Position numbers and translations under genes: made by a program. A stretch of 62,691 nucleotides of DNA, filler included, from Sphacelaria rigidula (Eukaryota), in the NCBI GenBank assembly GCA_964200075.2. It is 9 parts of 9 records of this genome, joined end to end, with 100 filler letters (N's around TTAATTAATTAA, not from the genome) between each part and the next. Parts side by side here need not be neighbours in the genome. Positions count along the whole stretch, not along the records: positions 48,840 to 55,715 come from CAXNAA020017623.1; positions 55,816 to 62,691 come from CAXNAA020017624.1; 7 more parts are not named here. The stretch is one strand, 5' to 3'. Below are positions 49,544-62,691 of this stretch, one piece after another; within the stretch, counting starts at the first letter, position 1; the number at the start of each line of letters is the position of its first letter. The notes under the pieces were generated by a model that saw nothing but the letters and a program-made list of their open reading frames with translations, was not told the origin of the DNA and did no database searches.

Positions 49544-49626
49544 TTTGACCCTAAGTTGACAGTCCACTCCTCCTCGCGGATGACCACCGTCGGTCCCTTT
49601 TTGCCCTCCAAAGGGTCGAACTCCAC
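49544..49626 (-). CDS. Candidate exon of a PIF1-family helicase
   Basis: Pyrimidine-rich tract with acag acceptor and gtgaga donor. Translates VEFDPLEGKKGPTVVIREEEWTVNLGSK, like the PIF1 segment (PVVRF...I..EEW.V) preceding the R.Q.PL.LAWA motif. Confidence 0.45.
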
Positions 49627-51254
49627 CTGTACAAAAACGTGTTCCAGAGGAACACCCCCGCCCGGAAAAAAAGACGAGTCACGCAGCGGTGAAAGAAGCA
49701 GACAACCAGGTGCGCGTACGAGGGGCAGGGCAGGGCAGGGAAGAATTACTGGCAAAAAACGAAGAATTTCCAAGATACAGTGGTGATGACTCCTTTTTCA
49801 ACAGTGCACGTTTGGTGAAATTTCGGAACACCAAGTGAAGGCTCATTGTTTTCGGAACACAAACCAGACCTTCGACTGAGCCTCCTCCACCCTACAATAG
49901 AGGAGGTACGTGCGTGGGACCCTGGTTTGAGTCTGCTGCTTGCACACAGACTATATGTACCTGTATCACAATTCCACATTTTTCACCACTTTTGCCGAGT
50001 TTTCTCCGGCGGCAAGGCATCGTGTTTCGCGCTTTCTTTTACAGTGCACTAGGAAGGCTCAGCAGTACATTGCCGTTCAGGTTTGGGCGTTATCTGGTGC
50101 TTGTGACGCGTGCTCTGACCACCGAAAGTCGCTCAAACTGACCCTTTTTCGCGGGGTGTCGATCCCGAACCACAAAAGCCTTTTCAAGATTATGGAAAAC
50201 TTGAAACAGGAACCCAAACCACAAAAGCCTGTGGAAAATCATGGAAACTTGAAACATAATTACTTCTGGTGAGGTTTTTTCCCCCGTGTTTCTCTTTGTC
50301 GCGCTCTCGTTCATTTGGGAGCACGAACATACCGCTTATGCCGCCAATGTCACGAGAACATGAGAGCAAAGCAGTTGGAAATAATTGAAGGTTGCCTTGG
50401 TCTCAGTCAGCAGCAAACGCAAGACCGTGCAGTGGGCCGTTGGCGTGTTGAACAAGGCACAGGAGCATGGCAGCAAAGGAATGTTTTGCCGCCAAAAACG
50501 ATCACCCAGTTTGAAACAAAGGCCCGGTGATGTGGAAGCCACAGTGATATGTAATCGTTTCAGACGAGAACCACAACTCTGCGGAATATATGGCTAGGTA
50601 GGTAGCTAGCTGGGCGATATTATCTGTCAACACCACAAACTATACTATTTGTTTTTGAAACAGGATCGTACAGTTCAGTAAGTCCCCCACTCTGGGGTTT
50701 GTGAGCTCGGGGTTTCTACCCTATTCATTTTCGAAACAAGATCGTGCAGTACAATAAGTCCGCAACCATGGGTTTGGAGGGCTTGGGCATTTCTCCCCAA
50801 ACACAAGAATAATTTCATGCACGTGCACTAATGACTACCGCACGCGAGCGGAATATATGGCTAGGTAGATAGGTAGCTAGGCGACATTATCTGGCAACAC
50901 AAACTTCCACTTTGGTCGCACTATATTAGTGTTTTCTCTCTCGGGCGGGGCTGGAAAAATGCAGTACCCTACAAGCGCGGATAGGAACACCACAAGCACC
51001 TAGTACGTAAAGTTGTTACAGGGAAGATCCGGTGAGAAGTTCGGCCGGTTTGAAAAAAAAAACGCAACTCTCATGTGTAGAGAAAAAGCGAAGCACTGAA
51101 AGAACATATCCGCGAGCTTCCCAAGTGATGAAGAACATGCCAGGAATGTTCCACGCATTCCAGCAGCCAGCCGAGGCCACTCTGTTATCCAGAGAAATGC
51201 AAACTCTCAGGGCCCTTCATATCTAAGGGGATTATCCCCTCTTTCACTATCCCC

Positions 51255-51388
51255 TTTTGACAGGGGATTGGCCCCATAACGACCAGTTCTGAGTCCTATC
51301 GTGAAGCAGTATTGTACAGATTGGACCCCAGATCTGCACGCAGGTTTAGAAATGCGGCGGGTTTGGAAGTGGTCGTTATTCCAAGGCC
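51255..51388. repeat. Dispersed repeat shared with 62108-62238
   Basis: ggggattggccccataac...agatctgcacgcaggtttagaaatgcggcgg...gaagtggtcgtta in two contigs. Confidence 0.85.
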
Positions 51389-54300
51389 TGTGTGGTGCTG
51401 CAGACAAGACGCAAGAAGGCAACACAACACCTGGACATCCAGCCCCGAAAAACACGCACAGACAGCCACCACTCACGCGCATTAGTTTCAGTGGTAGCCC
51501 TTACTAATCTACACAGGGCAGTCTTTCGTTCGACAAAAATCCCTTCTATATTGGACGAATGACGGCCGCGTGCGTGTCAAACACAACCGAAAACGTGTCG
51601 TTGCTGACCGTTTTGTAAGCGTGTGCTGTACGCACGTCCCTCACAAATCATAATTTCTCAATTAATTTTGAACAGATCTGAGCAAGGTCGCGCTCAACGT
51701 GCACGGCTGATGAGCAGCTACGCATATGCCACACGTGTCGAAATTATTGCGCCCAACAATTGTACGACCTTCACATTCGTGTTACTCAAGTTAGTCGACC
51801 TTATCCGGAGCCACCATCCGAAAACACGTGCGATGTTTTGTACAGCCACGATCACCACTATACATTAAGATACAACGCCTCTCTTGGCCATTTATTTTCG
51901 GCTTAGTGCCCCCGGAAGGCCCGTAGCAACCTCCCGAAGGGTAACCTTGTATATGAATATAATTATATGCTCATCTTGAATAAATAGGGGTGCATTCGCG
52001 AGCATCGCAGGGTACTGTAAAACACGGGGGCTCATAATGCCGCATCCCCTGACCCATCTTTTTCTGCGATCTCAATATTTTCGAAAAAAAACAAGGAAGC
52101 CTGTGGCACTGCCGAGGGAAGAAATAGATGTACTATCACGGCAGTTCTCGACGAAATCTCTGGAAACGACACAGGCACTGCCGGTGCCATGAGCAAGCAC
52201 CGTTGGTGTTGACGAAACCGAATGTGAGACGAAAAAAAAAAACACGATACGTCAGGGAGTGCACAACACTGTGAACATGGGTTTCAGGATATCAAGAGCT
52301 GGCCGCGGGTCGTGTTCTGTTGCGACACGATCACCCCTCCCCCCACCCTCCCCGAAAATTGTGTCGAGAACTAACGAGAGCCGACTGCACTGTATATAGT
52401 ATAGAATCGCACACACTTGGACCACCATGGAGACCATATACGCCTGTGTACAATGACTGACACCACGTATAGCACACGGACGGTAATACTGACGGTGATT
52501 CTCCACTAGCGTACGGAATATGTGAATGTATTCCCGCTGTAGACGTTTTCTGATTATTGGGGGATAGGTCGTACGGCTGGCTTCTGGCTGTGATGGGATG
52601 GAACCCCTTCCGCCGGTTTTATCCAGCGCCTCTTGTGCGTGATGACATGCGTCCGGAGGTCAAATCCAGCAGCCTGCGTTTTCGGCGACCGCGCTAGTGT
52701 GTAAACATGCTCGGAAAAGTGTTCCGAAATGGCTCATGATTTCAGCAATATCATGGAGGGATCAACGACATGTAAACATTATATGGATGTCTGTTCTGAA
52801 CTACGTAATGATTTTAGTAGTGCTACAAAGGGGTCGATTACATATAAACATAAACATGTACGTGAAATTATTCGGAAATAAATGATAATAATAATGATTT
52901 TAGCAGTATCGTGATGATAATTCCGCAGGGTTATGTTGATGACAAAGGCCATGACCTACTCACTCAGATTTGCTCGTTTTGATAATTCCGTGTGTTGGGT
53001 GGGGAATTCCATCACACCATGGTATCGTATGATAAAATAGAAAGCTTTCATGTGGCTACAGAAAATCAATCAATATATGAAAAGGTGAAAACACGATTGT
53101 CAACACCAGCCAGGCTGGCGAAGGAAGGAACCACATGAGTGGGATGACAACATATTTTGAACGGTACTGAGGCGAGCTACTGAGGCAAGGTGAGCCGACT
53201 ATATCGTGGTGATCGGCTAGCCAAGGCGGTCACCGGCAGCCATCCTACTAAAGGAATCCACCAACTAGTTGGTGTCGTGAAACTAGCTTTTACGCGTCTG
53301 AAACCTTTCTGTAGTTCAAAGCACGAGGTTTTGTGGCGCACACCCAAAGTGCTCCCATAAAGAAAAAGAAAAAACGGGAGCACATTTCGCTCAAACTTGG
53401 GAGGAAAAGCGATGGATCTCCCGCCTCCGTACTTCATCGTCGTTCGAAGGGTATGGTCGGAACCCTATCGCATCATGTTGTATGCAAGTTTGTGAATCCA
53501 GAGCGATCTTGGTCAAAATAACGCCCGCGACGTTCAAATTCTAGAATCAAATACTCGATTTTTTCTCACGCATGATTTCAAGGGTGTGCGGTAGGATGGC
53601 GAACTTGCCGAGACAATCGTTCGCCCATGCCCCCAGTCTCGTCGCTGAGATGCGACTAATCTATTGTTTCTCAAAGATGGAGACTCGGAGGTAAGTCGGC
53701 GGAAAAGCAAACAAAAAAAGGGAAGTGGGCGAAGCCATGTGTCGCCGAGTCCCCTGCCGATCCCGAGTCGAAATTTCAGGTCCCAACTGAAGCGAGTGAG
53801 CTGCACGCGGCGATCTTGGCAAACCCCCGAGATCTTGCTCGGTCAGCCCAGCTTGTAGGCAACGCCCGGCAGGCTGAAGACCGCTATTTCGCTCTCATTT
53901 CATCAGACACTCACGCATCGAAATGGTCACTGCTATTTCGCGCCTTCTCAAAATATTACGATTATTCTTACCATTGGAAGTCTCCGCCCCGAAGCTTCCA
54001 CAAACTCAGTCACCACCCCCGTTGCGCCGTTGACCAGGTTACTGGAGGAATCAACGTTTTTCAGAAGGAGCACCTTGGCGCCGACCTGAACACAGACGTT
54101 TTACGAGAATCAGATCACGATAGCAGATTGATCGAAGCACGGTATACGTTCTTGCTACGCAGAGAACTTTCCCCCGTCGAGAAGGGCGCGGCTACAAACA
54201 CTGTGTTCTTCGCCCGCGTTTGCTCATTGGTGCGTGTTTGGCCAGTGCTGACTAACCGTGTGGATCATGATCACAGGTAGTAGTAATGGACCATGACCAC

Positions 54301-56268
54301 CAGCATGTTTTCGAACGTATATCCTTCACGATGACCGGCTGAGGGGGGTCGTCTGAAGTGTGCACAGAAATGTGGTGTAGTGGTGGATGACGACAAATAC
54401 ACGAGTTTCAGTAGAGAGCCCACGTACTTCTGCGGCAGTGTTAGGGCGCCCACACTGGTCGCTACCGCTACTAAAACGATATGCTTTTAACGGGGACATT
54501 CAATCTAGTATTACTTCTACGAAGGCGTATTTGCTATTATAGAAAAAGGACAAGATTGTATCGAAATGAAAGTAAATAGTGACCATAACACGTTAGGAGT
54601 ATTGTGTTCACGAAAAAAAACGTGCGTCGAATGGAATATGACCTCACGCGGCTCTACACCAGCACGAAGAGGAACCACTACCCACGAAAACTCAACTCAA
54701 CACAGAAAAGGGCATATCGGACCACTGATGTGAACGACTAGCCAAACACGACATACCACCTGAGGTAATTCCCAGGGCGACTTATGCCATAGATGGCAAC
54801 CCTAGATCAACCACCGAAACTCTGCGGAAAAAAACTAATTTCCACACACAAAATATATATATGAGCCAGGTATTGGACACGGCGAAAATACACGGTAGCT
54901 TGTCACTGCGGGCGGAGCTTTTCCCTGACGTAGAGTCAGGGTTTCCGAATCTTAAGTTCCTTGATCACAAGGGTAGTTCATCTGAGCCATGCAGTAATTC
55001 ATCCAAGTGAAATTGATGCGGACTCAACCGATGACCTATGATGGCGGCCAACGGGTTAACGTTGGTCAATGATAATATTCCGGAAAGAGGGTGTGGTGCT
55101 CAAGGGATAACCGTACCCTGGTAGAAGGTGGTGGACAGCGCAACCATGAACCGCAGTAAGGTTGCGTTGTATGGGGATAGAATTTTCCCTGTCCAGAATT
55201 TCCAGCTTTTGAGACACTTGACACGTATTTTGTTCACCTCAAAATTGGGAATATCGCCGCCCGTACGCTTCGTGTCACAATGCACGGAGGAAAGTGTACT
55301 ATATAGCCCACTGGTCTGATTCGCCAGGCTTCGAAGGTTTCGAAAAAATGGTCAGACTGGTTAATTTGATTGATTGGTTCTCGCACTTGAACCGACCCCC
55401 CAGAGACCCATGATAGACGTGCCCGATACAAAACAAAACTGACACTCTCGCTCAAGAAAAAGAACGAGCAGAAAAGGCAGAACAGGACCACACAGTAGAC
55501 CGAGACGTCATAAACCTAAACAAAAAGCACTAAAAACAAATCTTGGCATTGTGGTCTGCGCGCCTTATCAAAACTTGCGACAACGAAATTCGAACATGAA
55601 CCATGTGATGAATGAACGCGATCGATTGATCCTTGTCCCCCAAACCAAGTCACCACGGCCGTGTGCTCAAGGTGGACCCCCCCCCCACCCCCCCCCCCCC
55701 CGCCCGCCCCCCCACNNNNNNNNNNNNNNNNNNNNNNNNNNNNNNNNNNNNNNNNNNNNTTAATTAATTAANNNNNNNNNNNNNNNNNNNNNNNNNNNNN
55801 NNNNNNNNNNNNNNNATGTGTGCGTCTGCCGTGGCCACCCCACGACGGCGGGACGAACACGAGCACCCCCCCCCCCCCCCCCCCCTTTTCGTTCAATGGA
55901 GTACGAGGAGAGACGAGCCGCATGTTGATTGGTTGATTGTCGCGGTTTGACAAACCCCCAGGAATCCAGTCGCGGTCGCATGATGGACCTACCCAAGACA
56001 GAACAAAACCGAAACACTCGCTGAAGAAAAAAGAGCAGGAGACGTCGAATAAAACGATACAGTAGACTAATAATACGCGAAGAAAAAAGAATAAAAAGTC
56101 AACCAAAGCAAAGCACAGAAAGATATGTCCGATCTCACACAAAATAATGAAAGAGGAGAGCAAAAAAGAAAAGGAGGACAAAGCCTAAGGGGTTCATGTA
56201 TATACGTTTCTATCGACGTGTTTTCATGTGATAACCAAACGTTGCTGTTGCTGGCTGTGTCGATATAG

Positions 56269-56423
56269 GGCGAAGGCGGCGCTCGGATTATCAACCTGAC
56301 CGACCAATCGCTCGACGGCGTGAACATGGACAGCAAACTGGATGAGATGCTGGAGTCTCTGCGCTCTCAGCTTCCCGGAGGCGCTGTGTTCAGGCTCGGC
56401 AGCGGTGGCAGCTTGAACGGCAG
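56269..56423 (+). CDS. Unknown gene, exon A
   Basis: tag acceptor and gtgcag donor. Translates GEGGARIINLTDQSLDGVNMDSKLDEMLESLRSQLPGGAVFRLGSGGSLNG; the phase-2 end matches the next exon. Confidence 0.75.
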
Positions 56424-56855
56424 GTGCAGTATTGCCAGTGAAATGCCGCCTGGGACCCCGCTGAAACTGTAACCGTTACGATGTCGAACATTCCGGGTGA
56501 TGACAGGCGACAAACCCAAGCTGTGATTGACGGGGAAGGTGTCCATTTTTTGTGCCCGTGTATGTACTACATATGCATGCATGCCCGCTGCACAATTTCG
56601 TAACGTTTTTTTTTTTTTATTCATTATTCTTCCGTAGCTTTTTGTGCGTTTCTTCGGCGCCACACGTACGGAATGAGGACTTTTTTTACGTTCTTGTTTT
56701 GTTTCTCTCGAACTCCTCCCCCATTCCTCTGGAGAGACGACTCCATGGTCTCAACAGATGAACCTATCTTGCCCGCGGTAAAGTACACATATTTTGCAAC
56801 TTGGTATCGCGGTTTGGATCAGCGTTTCCCCATCGCGTCAACTCTCGTCATGTGA

Positions 56856-58241
56856 GACCGCTTCTAGTAGAATGAAAAAAGTATCTGAGAAAAGTCGTCC
56901 GAATGACTTTTTCTCAGAGGCTTTTTCCAGAGAAATCAGTTTTCGAAACCCCTCCTTATGTAAAGTCTATGAAAAAAGTCCTGGGGATTTGTACACCCGA
57001 GGCCGTCATCTTGCCTGCGTACAGACGGTGTTAGTGGTCGTAATTTGCATTTTGTGCTTGTGCTACCTGCGTCAAACTCAACACGTAAATGATCCCGTTG
57101 AGGTACAGAATAGGTGGGATAGCAACACACACACACACACACACACACACAGTAGCTACTGGTACAATGGGGATCGAAATGACAGGTGTATCAACCCTTA
57201 CTTTAGCCGATCGCGGCTTGGTACAGTAGACGTGTCGCAAGCGCTGCTGTGTGTGCGGCAGACGGCTTGTACCATACCGCACACAACGAACTCACGTGAC
57301 AGTTGTGCGGTAGTAACCGTCTCAGTACGCAGAATACTACGGAGTTCGCATTCGGTGGCAGGCACGACGAGCATGACATGACACGAGCAGTCAATACAGC
57401 CAGCAGGGGCGACATCGTGTTATTTTACGGTCGTAACGCTGCCGGCGAAAAAGCACTGTGCTGTCTGCACTGTCTGTCCCTGGTCCTACGGTCATGAAGA
57501 GGATGCACGGAGTGCTGCAGCAGCTGTGCTGTTGCTACGGTGCTGTACATACAACATGCATAGCTACCTTTGCACTGGCTGTACTACACTTGTATGCGAG
57601 GAGTGTGTGACGGAACACTGACTGTACCATTGCGGGTGCGGTGTGCGAGGAGTTTGTTACGTGTGTGTTGTGTTGTCGTCCCATGTATTCTGGACGCCGG
57701 TCTACACCTTTCGGTACATGTGGGCGCATCAGCCGGGGTCACAGAGGAGGAAGGTCAACACAGAAACTTTTCCTTTTTCATTCGTTTAGTGCCCCACCTT
57801 CCTTCTGCGGTGCTTGCCTCTTGCTTTTTATCGCGGAAGGGGTTTAGCGGCCCCTTTCCCTCGTCGACTGTTGAGGCGAATTTTGTGTAACCACGACATG
57901 GTCGCTCTCCACTGTAGGGAATGGTGTGAGAAAAAAATTCTAGATTGCTCCGGCGATTGAACCCACTACCCAACCGTCCGAAGGTTTCGAGGCTACCAAC
58001 TGAGGCACCGGGGCGACCGGTACATGGAACGTCAATTCCCAGACAGGGAAAAAAGACTGAGAATCGATTACTGTTCCCACAGAGATTTGGGGAAATGCCG
58101 CTGTCTGAGAATTTTGGTCAGTTTCCAGAAACGTTTTTCATTAAAAATGGCCCCATAAGGTCGCGTTCTGAAAAAAATCTCTGGAAAAACTGACGAGAAC
58201 AACTTTTGTTGGAGTTTTTTTCCAGACTATCAGAAGCGGCT
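56856..58241. mobile_element. Second copy of the B-box-bearing TIR element, intronic, with a nested SINE
   Basis: Ends gaccgcttct...agaagcggct; inverted homology to 30762-31712. Confidence 0.8.
57661..58020 (-). mobile_element. tRNA-derived SINE, full-length
   Basis: Head rc GGTCGCCCCGGTGCCTCAGTTGGTAGC...GGGTTCAATC, followed by the body and CA tail. Confidence 0.88.
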
Positions 58242-58410
58242 TACGTACTATCTTTTGCTGCTTAAATTATCTCGTTTTCAACTACGAATGTTAGATCCTT
58301 CTGAAAACAAGAGTCAGTTTAGTGTTGTCTGCCCGAAATCGCGAAACCCGCCTTTTTCCGACCTAGCGGTGCACACGTTGTACCATTCGACCAGCGGGTC
58401 GCGACATTTA

Positions 58411-58581
58411 GGCCGTGCCTAATCGAGACAAAAAAAAGGCGGGGAAACGGAACAAGCGTCCAAAAGCAATATTTTGGTTTGTCGCCGCAACCATGGATCC
58501 GCGCGGTGATTAATCAACATGCGGCTTTTGGACGCTTGTTCCTTTTCTCGCTTCTTTTTCCGATTCAGAAAAGACGCGGCC
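58411..58581. mobile_element. Tourist-like MITE, TTA TSD
   Basis: TTA-ggccg...cggcc-TTA with internal inverted ggaacaagcgtccaaaagc / gcttttggacgcttgttcc. Confidence 0.75.
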
Positions 58582-59446
58582 TTATTCAAGTCGAAAAGAG
58601 CTGTTGTTCATTTTTGGAACACTTGCGCTCGGGAAAGGCTCGTGTTCACGTAGTGTAGAGTGGATGAAATGGGGACCAACGGTGCTTTCGCCCATCTCCC
58701 AATAATACATTGGAGTTTTGAGGGCTCAGTCCTGCTTACCTGACTGCAAGGCTAGTCGTGAAAGGTCGTAGTTATTTCTCTGTACTCAGAGTACCACGAT
58801 CGTCTTCTAACCCCCCTTTTTTTCAGGGTTTTTTCCTTGCTCTTGGCTCCTTTTTGGCCCACAATGATTCGTCCCAACCGTGGAATATTCCACACCTTGG
58901 CTTTTGTCGGCCGGCAATGGTTGCAATAGGCCTATACTTTGTGCAGCAGTACACTTCTCGTCTGTTGCATCTGTTGACCATACATTGTCCAGGGTGTGAA
59001 AAATACGAAGTGTTGCTGTAGCGGTTTCAATACTATGTGAACTATACTGTAGTACATTTTGTCTCTTGCTGTTTTTCGTTGACAGTACGTCTATTTTCCT
59101 CCTCGACAGTCATTTTTCACTCGCGTTTTTTCTTGTTTTTTTTTTTATCTCTTGTGGGTGACGAATGAACTTCCGCTTTCTTTTTGTTTTCGTTGAATGT
59201 GCCCGCCAACGATTTCGTTTTCCTTGCGCACGATTTCCGCTGACGGTTTCGTTTCACCCGCTGACGGTTTCGTGTTTTTTTCGTTCGACTCTTTCGGCTG
59301 ACGGTGTCGGTTTTGTTTTTACTGTTTCAGCTGACGGTTTCGTTGGCTTTCGTTCTTTCTGTTGACCGTTTCGACTAACTTTTTTTTGTTGCTGCATTTA
59401 TATATACATATATGTACATATATGCGTGTACCTCTTCTCGTCACAG

Positions 59447-59651
59447 AAATCCGTCCCACGGTATGGTTTTCATCCGCGAAGATGACGACGACGACGACGA
59501 CGACGACGATGATGATGATGATGATCGCGAGGCCCGACTGGCGTCCAGGCGGCACGCGAAGGAGCGGATGCAGCGACAAAAGCAACGGCAACGGCAACGG
59601 CAACAACAGCGCCGCGAATTCCAGGAGGAAGTGGCCAAGAAAACCCTGGTG
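59447..59651 (+). CDS. Unknown gene, exon B (poly-Asp, Gln/Arg-rich helix)
   Basis: tcacag acceptor and gtgagc donor. Translates NPSHGMVFIRE(D)nREARLASRRHAKERMQRQKQRQRQRQQQRREFQEEVAKKTLV; in phase with both neighbours. Confidence 0.82.
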
Positions 59652-62345
59652 GTGAGCGCTTGCGGTGGATTTACGGTGTTTCAACATCCGTACGTTATAT
59701 GTTTCCTTGCAATGAGCTCATAGCGTCAAGGAATAGATTTGCACATCTCTGACACGGCACATACGTGCCTGGCATTAGAGGGTTTCTGAAAGCGCTTCCT
59801 TGTCATTTCAGAGAGCAAATATCTCAGGGTAAGATTGTAATGAAAAATGACATCCCCTCCGTCAAATATGGTATCCCCCTAATTTGTTTCCGATGAAGTG
59901 TTGTTTTTTGTTCTGCACTCTGATCCTGAGATATTTGCACTCTAAAATTACAAAAAAAAGCGTTTTCCGATACTCTCTCTTGTGTTATTATCCTGAATTA
60001 CATCATGACTCTCAGCCAGGCTTTTTTACTTGTGCCGTGATAGCACGGTTTTTGAAGAAATCGTTTATCTTGAAAATGATGATGGGTCACAAGCACACAG
60101 AACCCGTGCTATTATTATAGCATAATAAGGACAAGGCTACACTCTCAGCACTCCCCGTACAGTGTCGACTTTCGTTGAGTACGTTGCTACTGCTACTTAC
60201 TTATTTACGTCCTTACGTTTTTTCATGTGAAAAATAAACAAACTTGAGGGGTACCGTAGCCTTCTACTCATTATGCTATTGTAGGACGGTTTTACAAAAA
60301 AAAGTGATCCATCATTATATATGCAAGATGAACGATTTTTTCAAAAACCGTGCTAGCATAATAAAGTAAGTAGAAACCTATGTAGGGGGGGGGGAGGGGG
60401 GGACCCGACATGCTTCTGCCGGAAATCAAACCCTCAATCTCTCCTGGCCTAGCAGGCTCCAGTTGCCGCACCATTCTGATATGGATCACCGGGTGCGAGT
60501 CGGCACTTGCCCCTTTTCTTCATGTTTATTTTCGAGTCACGCTTATAAACCCCTGTGGAAACCCATGGACGATTTTTGCTTTTGTGAATCGACATCATTT
60601 TGACTCGAATATGACCGAAAATGATGACAAATAACAAAAACAAGAATCGTCAATGGGTTACCAGAGAGTTAATTTAACCTTGTCCTATTCCTCGGGACGA
60701 GTCCGTGGTCTCAAGGGATCAGCGCATATCTACCCGGTAGAGCACATGCCTTGTATTTTGGTATTATCATGGAATGGCTATACTAGGAGATAGATGGTGG
60801 CCGCAGACTACAAAACAGGACGGACATGAGATATGTAAAAGGTTTTGTGTAATGTATGGAAGAAACGCAGGGAGCACGGGAATGTTGGAGGTGTCTCTAT
60901 CAGGAGTAGGAACGGTGGTTCGTCTCGTAAGGGATGCGTGGTGTGTGAACCGAGACAAGCAAAAGATGAGTGCGCCCCCCCCACCCCCCCAGGCGAAATT
61001 TCGGCGTGCTCCGTCCCTGCTTTGTAGGAATACAACGTCAGTGGTCATGTGACTGCGGCATACAAGATATTGAGTACACCCCCTCCCATGAAATATCACG
61101 TCCGGTTGTTGAGTTTTTTTCTTTTTTTGGCATCAATATACCTGTGCTCACTGTACTGTAGTCATCCCACTAGGGTGTCGGTAAAGGGGGTTCCTAGGAT
61201 TGTGCGGTAGGCCGTCGGCCTGCCATGACCGCAATTTACTGAAATCCGGACTACTGTTGAAATATGGTGCGATCACTTGATACAGATGAAGAGGATCGGA
61301 TTTGTGATCAGTGTTTTCCCAACGTAGTGGGACTCCACCCCCTTCCCCCCATCTAGGATACGGCGTAGTTGATAGAGTAGTGAAATGCACCGTGGAGGGG
61401 GTTGATGAAGTCATGGTGGAGTATGACTTCATGCGAGAAGAAGCTGGAACCCTTGTGTCGAAAGTTGTATCGAAGTGGTACTGCCTTCATTTTTTTCTGT
61501 GAAACAAAGACTGACTCTAGCCTTCGAGACTTCCAGTGGCATGATTTAAAAGTGACATGGCGCACGGGTTTTGAATAGAAAACCTGGCTGCTATGGTAGG
61601 GGATGAAAGATGAAAACTGTTACCCTGTAGTAGTTGGTGTACACACTCTGTAGCTACAGCATGTCTCCTTCTCTTGTATACATCAAAGGCCATGCAACTG
61701 ATCGAAATCTTGCCCTTGGAGCTCATCACCTGGTAGTGGTATATGTCGTAGCTGACGTACGGCACTGAGCCTGACCGGTCGAAAACAGAGCACTGATGTG
61801 GGTCGAAGCTTGGAGCCTATCGCTCTTGGGAAGGGGTCGATATACAAACGTTTTCAACTTATATTTTGGGCACACACTGACCAAAAGAATACACTGTAAA
61901 AAATTGTACCGCGTACAGTATCGGCTACTGCGCCTATTGTAACAGACAATGGATTCCATACTGTACGCAGTACATTCTTTTTAGGAGAGGATGTATTGTC
62001 CAGGGTGTGATTTTGGGGAGTAGAAGGTGAATATATAAGAGGCGAGCCACAGTTTCAATTCCTCGGGGCTCTTCTTAACGAAGAGGATACGTCTTCACAA
62101 TCCACTCTTGACTGGGGATTGGCCCCATAACTACCACTCCCGAGTCCTACCGACCAGCAGTTCTGTACAGATCGGAACCTAGATCTGCACGCAGGTTTAG
62201 AAATGCGGCGGATCTTGAAGTGGTCGTTAGTCCAGGCAGACCTCACCAACGTTGTCTCTGTCGATGGCGAGTTGTTTGTCCCGTGTCTGTGTCGTCACTA
62301 TAGCGCTTGGGCCTTGTTACCTTCTTTACTTGTGTTGCTCCGCAG

Positions 62346-62453
62346 GTTCTGCGTCACTTCGGTGAGAAGGGGTTGCTGAGGAAGAAGGAGCAGCGCCGGC
62401 TGGTAACGGACGTCCTCAAACACTCCGGGGCGAACGAGCTTAGCGCCGTCCAG
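62346..62453 (+). CDS. Unknown gene, exon C
   Basis: Polypyrimidine tract with ccgcag acceptor and gtgaga donor. Translates VLRHFGEKGLLRKKEQRRLVTDVLKHSGANELSAVQ; phase 0. Confidence 0.82.
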
Positions 62454-62691
62454 GTGAGAGTTTCGGCGTTTTTGGGACCGCCGTTTGTCGGGGGAGGGGG
62501 GCGGGGGCGGGGGTTGTACTGATGATTTTACACGCCGTGGTTATCTGATCATTGGCCCCCCGTCCCTACGAGGCCGGGGTGGAGCACGCCGGGTTTCGCC
62601 GGGTTTTCGCCGGACCAAACTCATTGTTGGCTGTCATCCAAATGCAAGATAATCAGTAGGCTTCGGGCCGAACAATCTTAGCAGGATGCAG

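Overview
This is not a contiguous locus. It is nine unrelated eukaryotic contigs (seven of 6877 bp, two of 6876 bp, apparently size-sorted) joined by 100-bp N44-TTAATTAATTAA-N44 spacers, so nothing should be inferred across spacers. Long GT-AG introns, the repeat landscape and TTAGGG motifs suggest a brown alga (Phaeophyceae); that is inference. Most of the sequence is intron or intergenic DNA full of transposon debris. Retroelements: about 10 copies of a tRNA-derived SINE, LINE endonuclease and RT relics, and a possible Penelope-like (RT + GIY-YIG) relic. DNA elements: MITEs with readable TSDs (piggyBac-like TTAA, Harbinger-like TAA/TTA, Sola-like TTGG/CCAA), a MITE carrying telomeric repeats, a TIR element carrying a B-box-like fragment, and two probable KDZ/CxC-type transposase relics. 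Host coding sequence is limited to a two-exon cysteine-rich repeat gene fragment, a three-exon gene fragment with poly-Asp and Gln/Arg tracts, and one possible PIF1-like exon. I found no CRISPR array, rRNA, true tRNA or intact novel multi-gene system. Most ORFs in the six-frame track are spurious.
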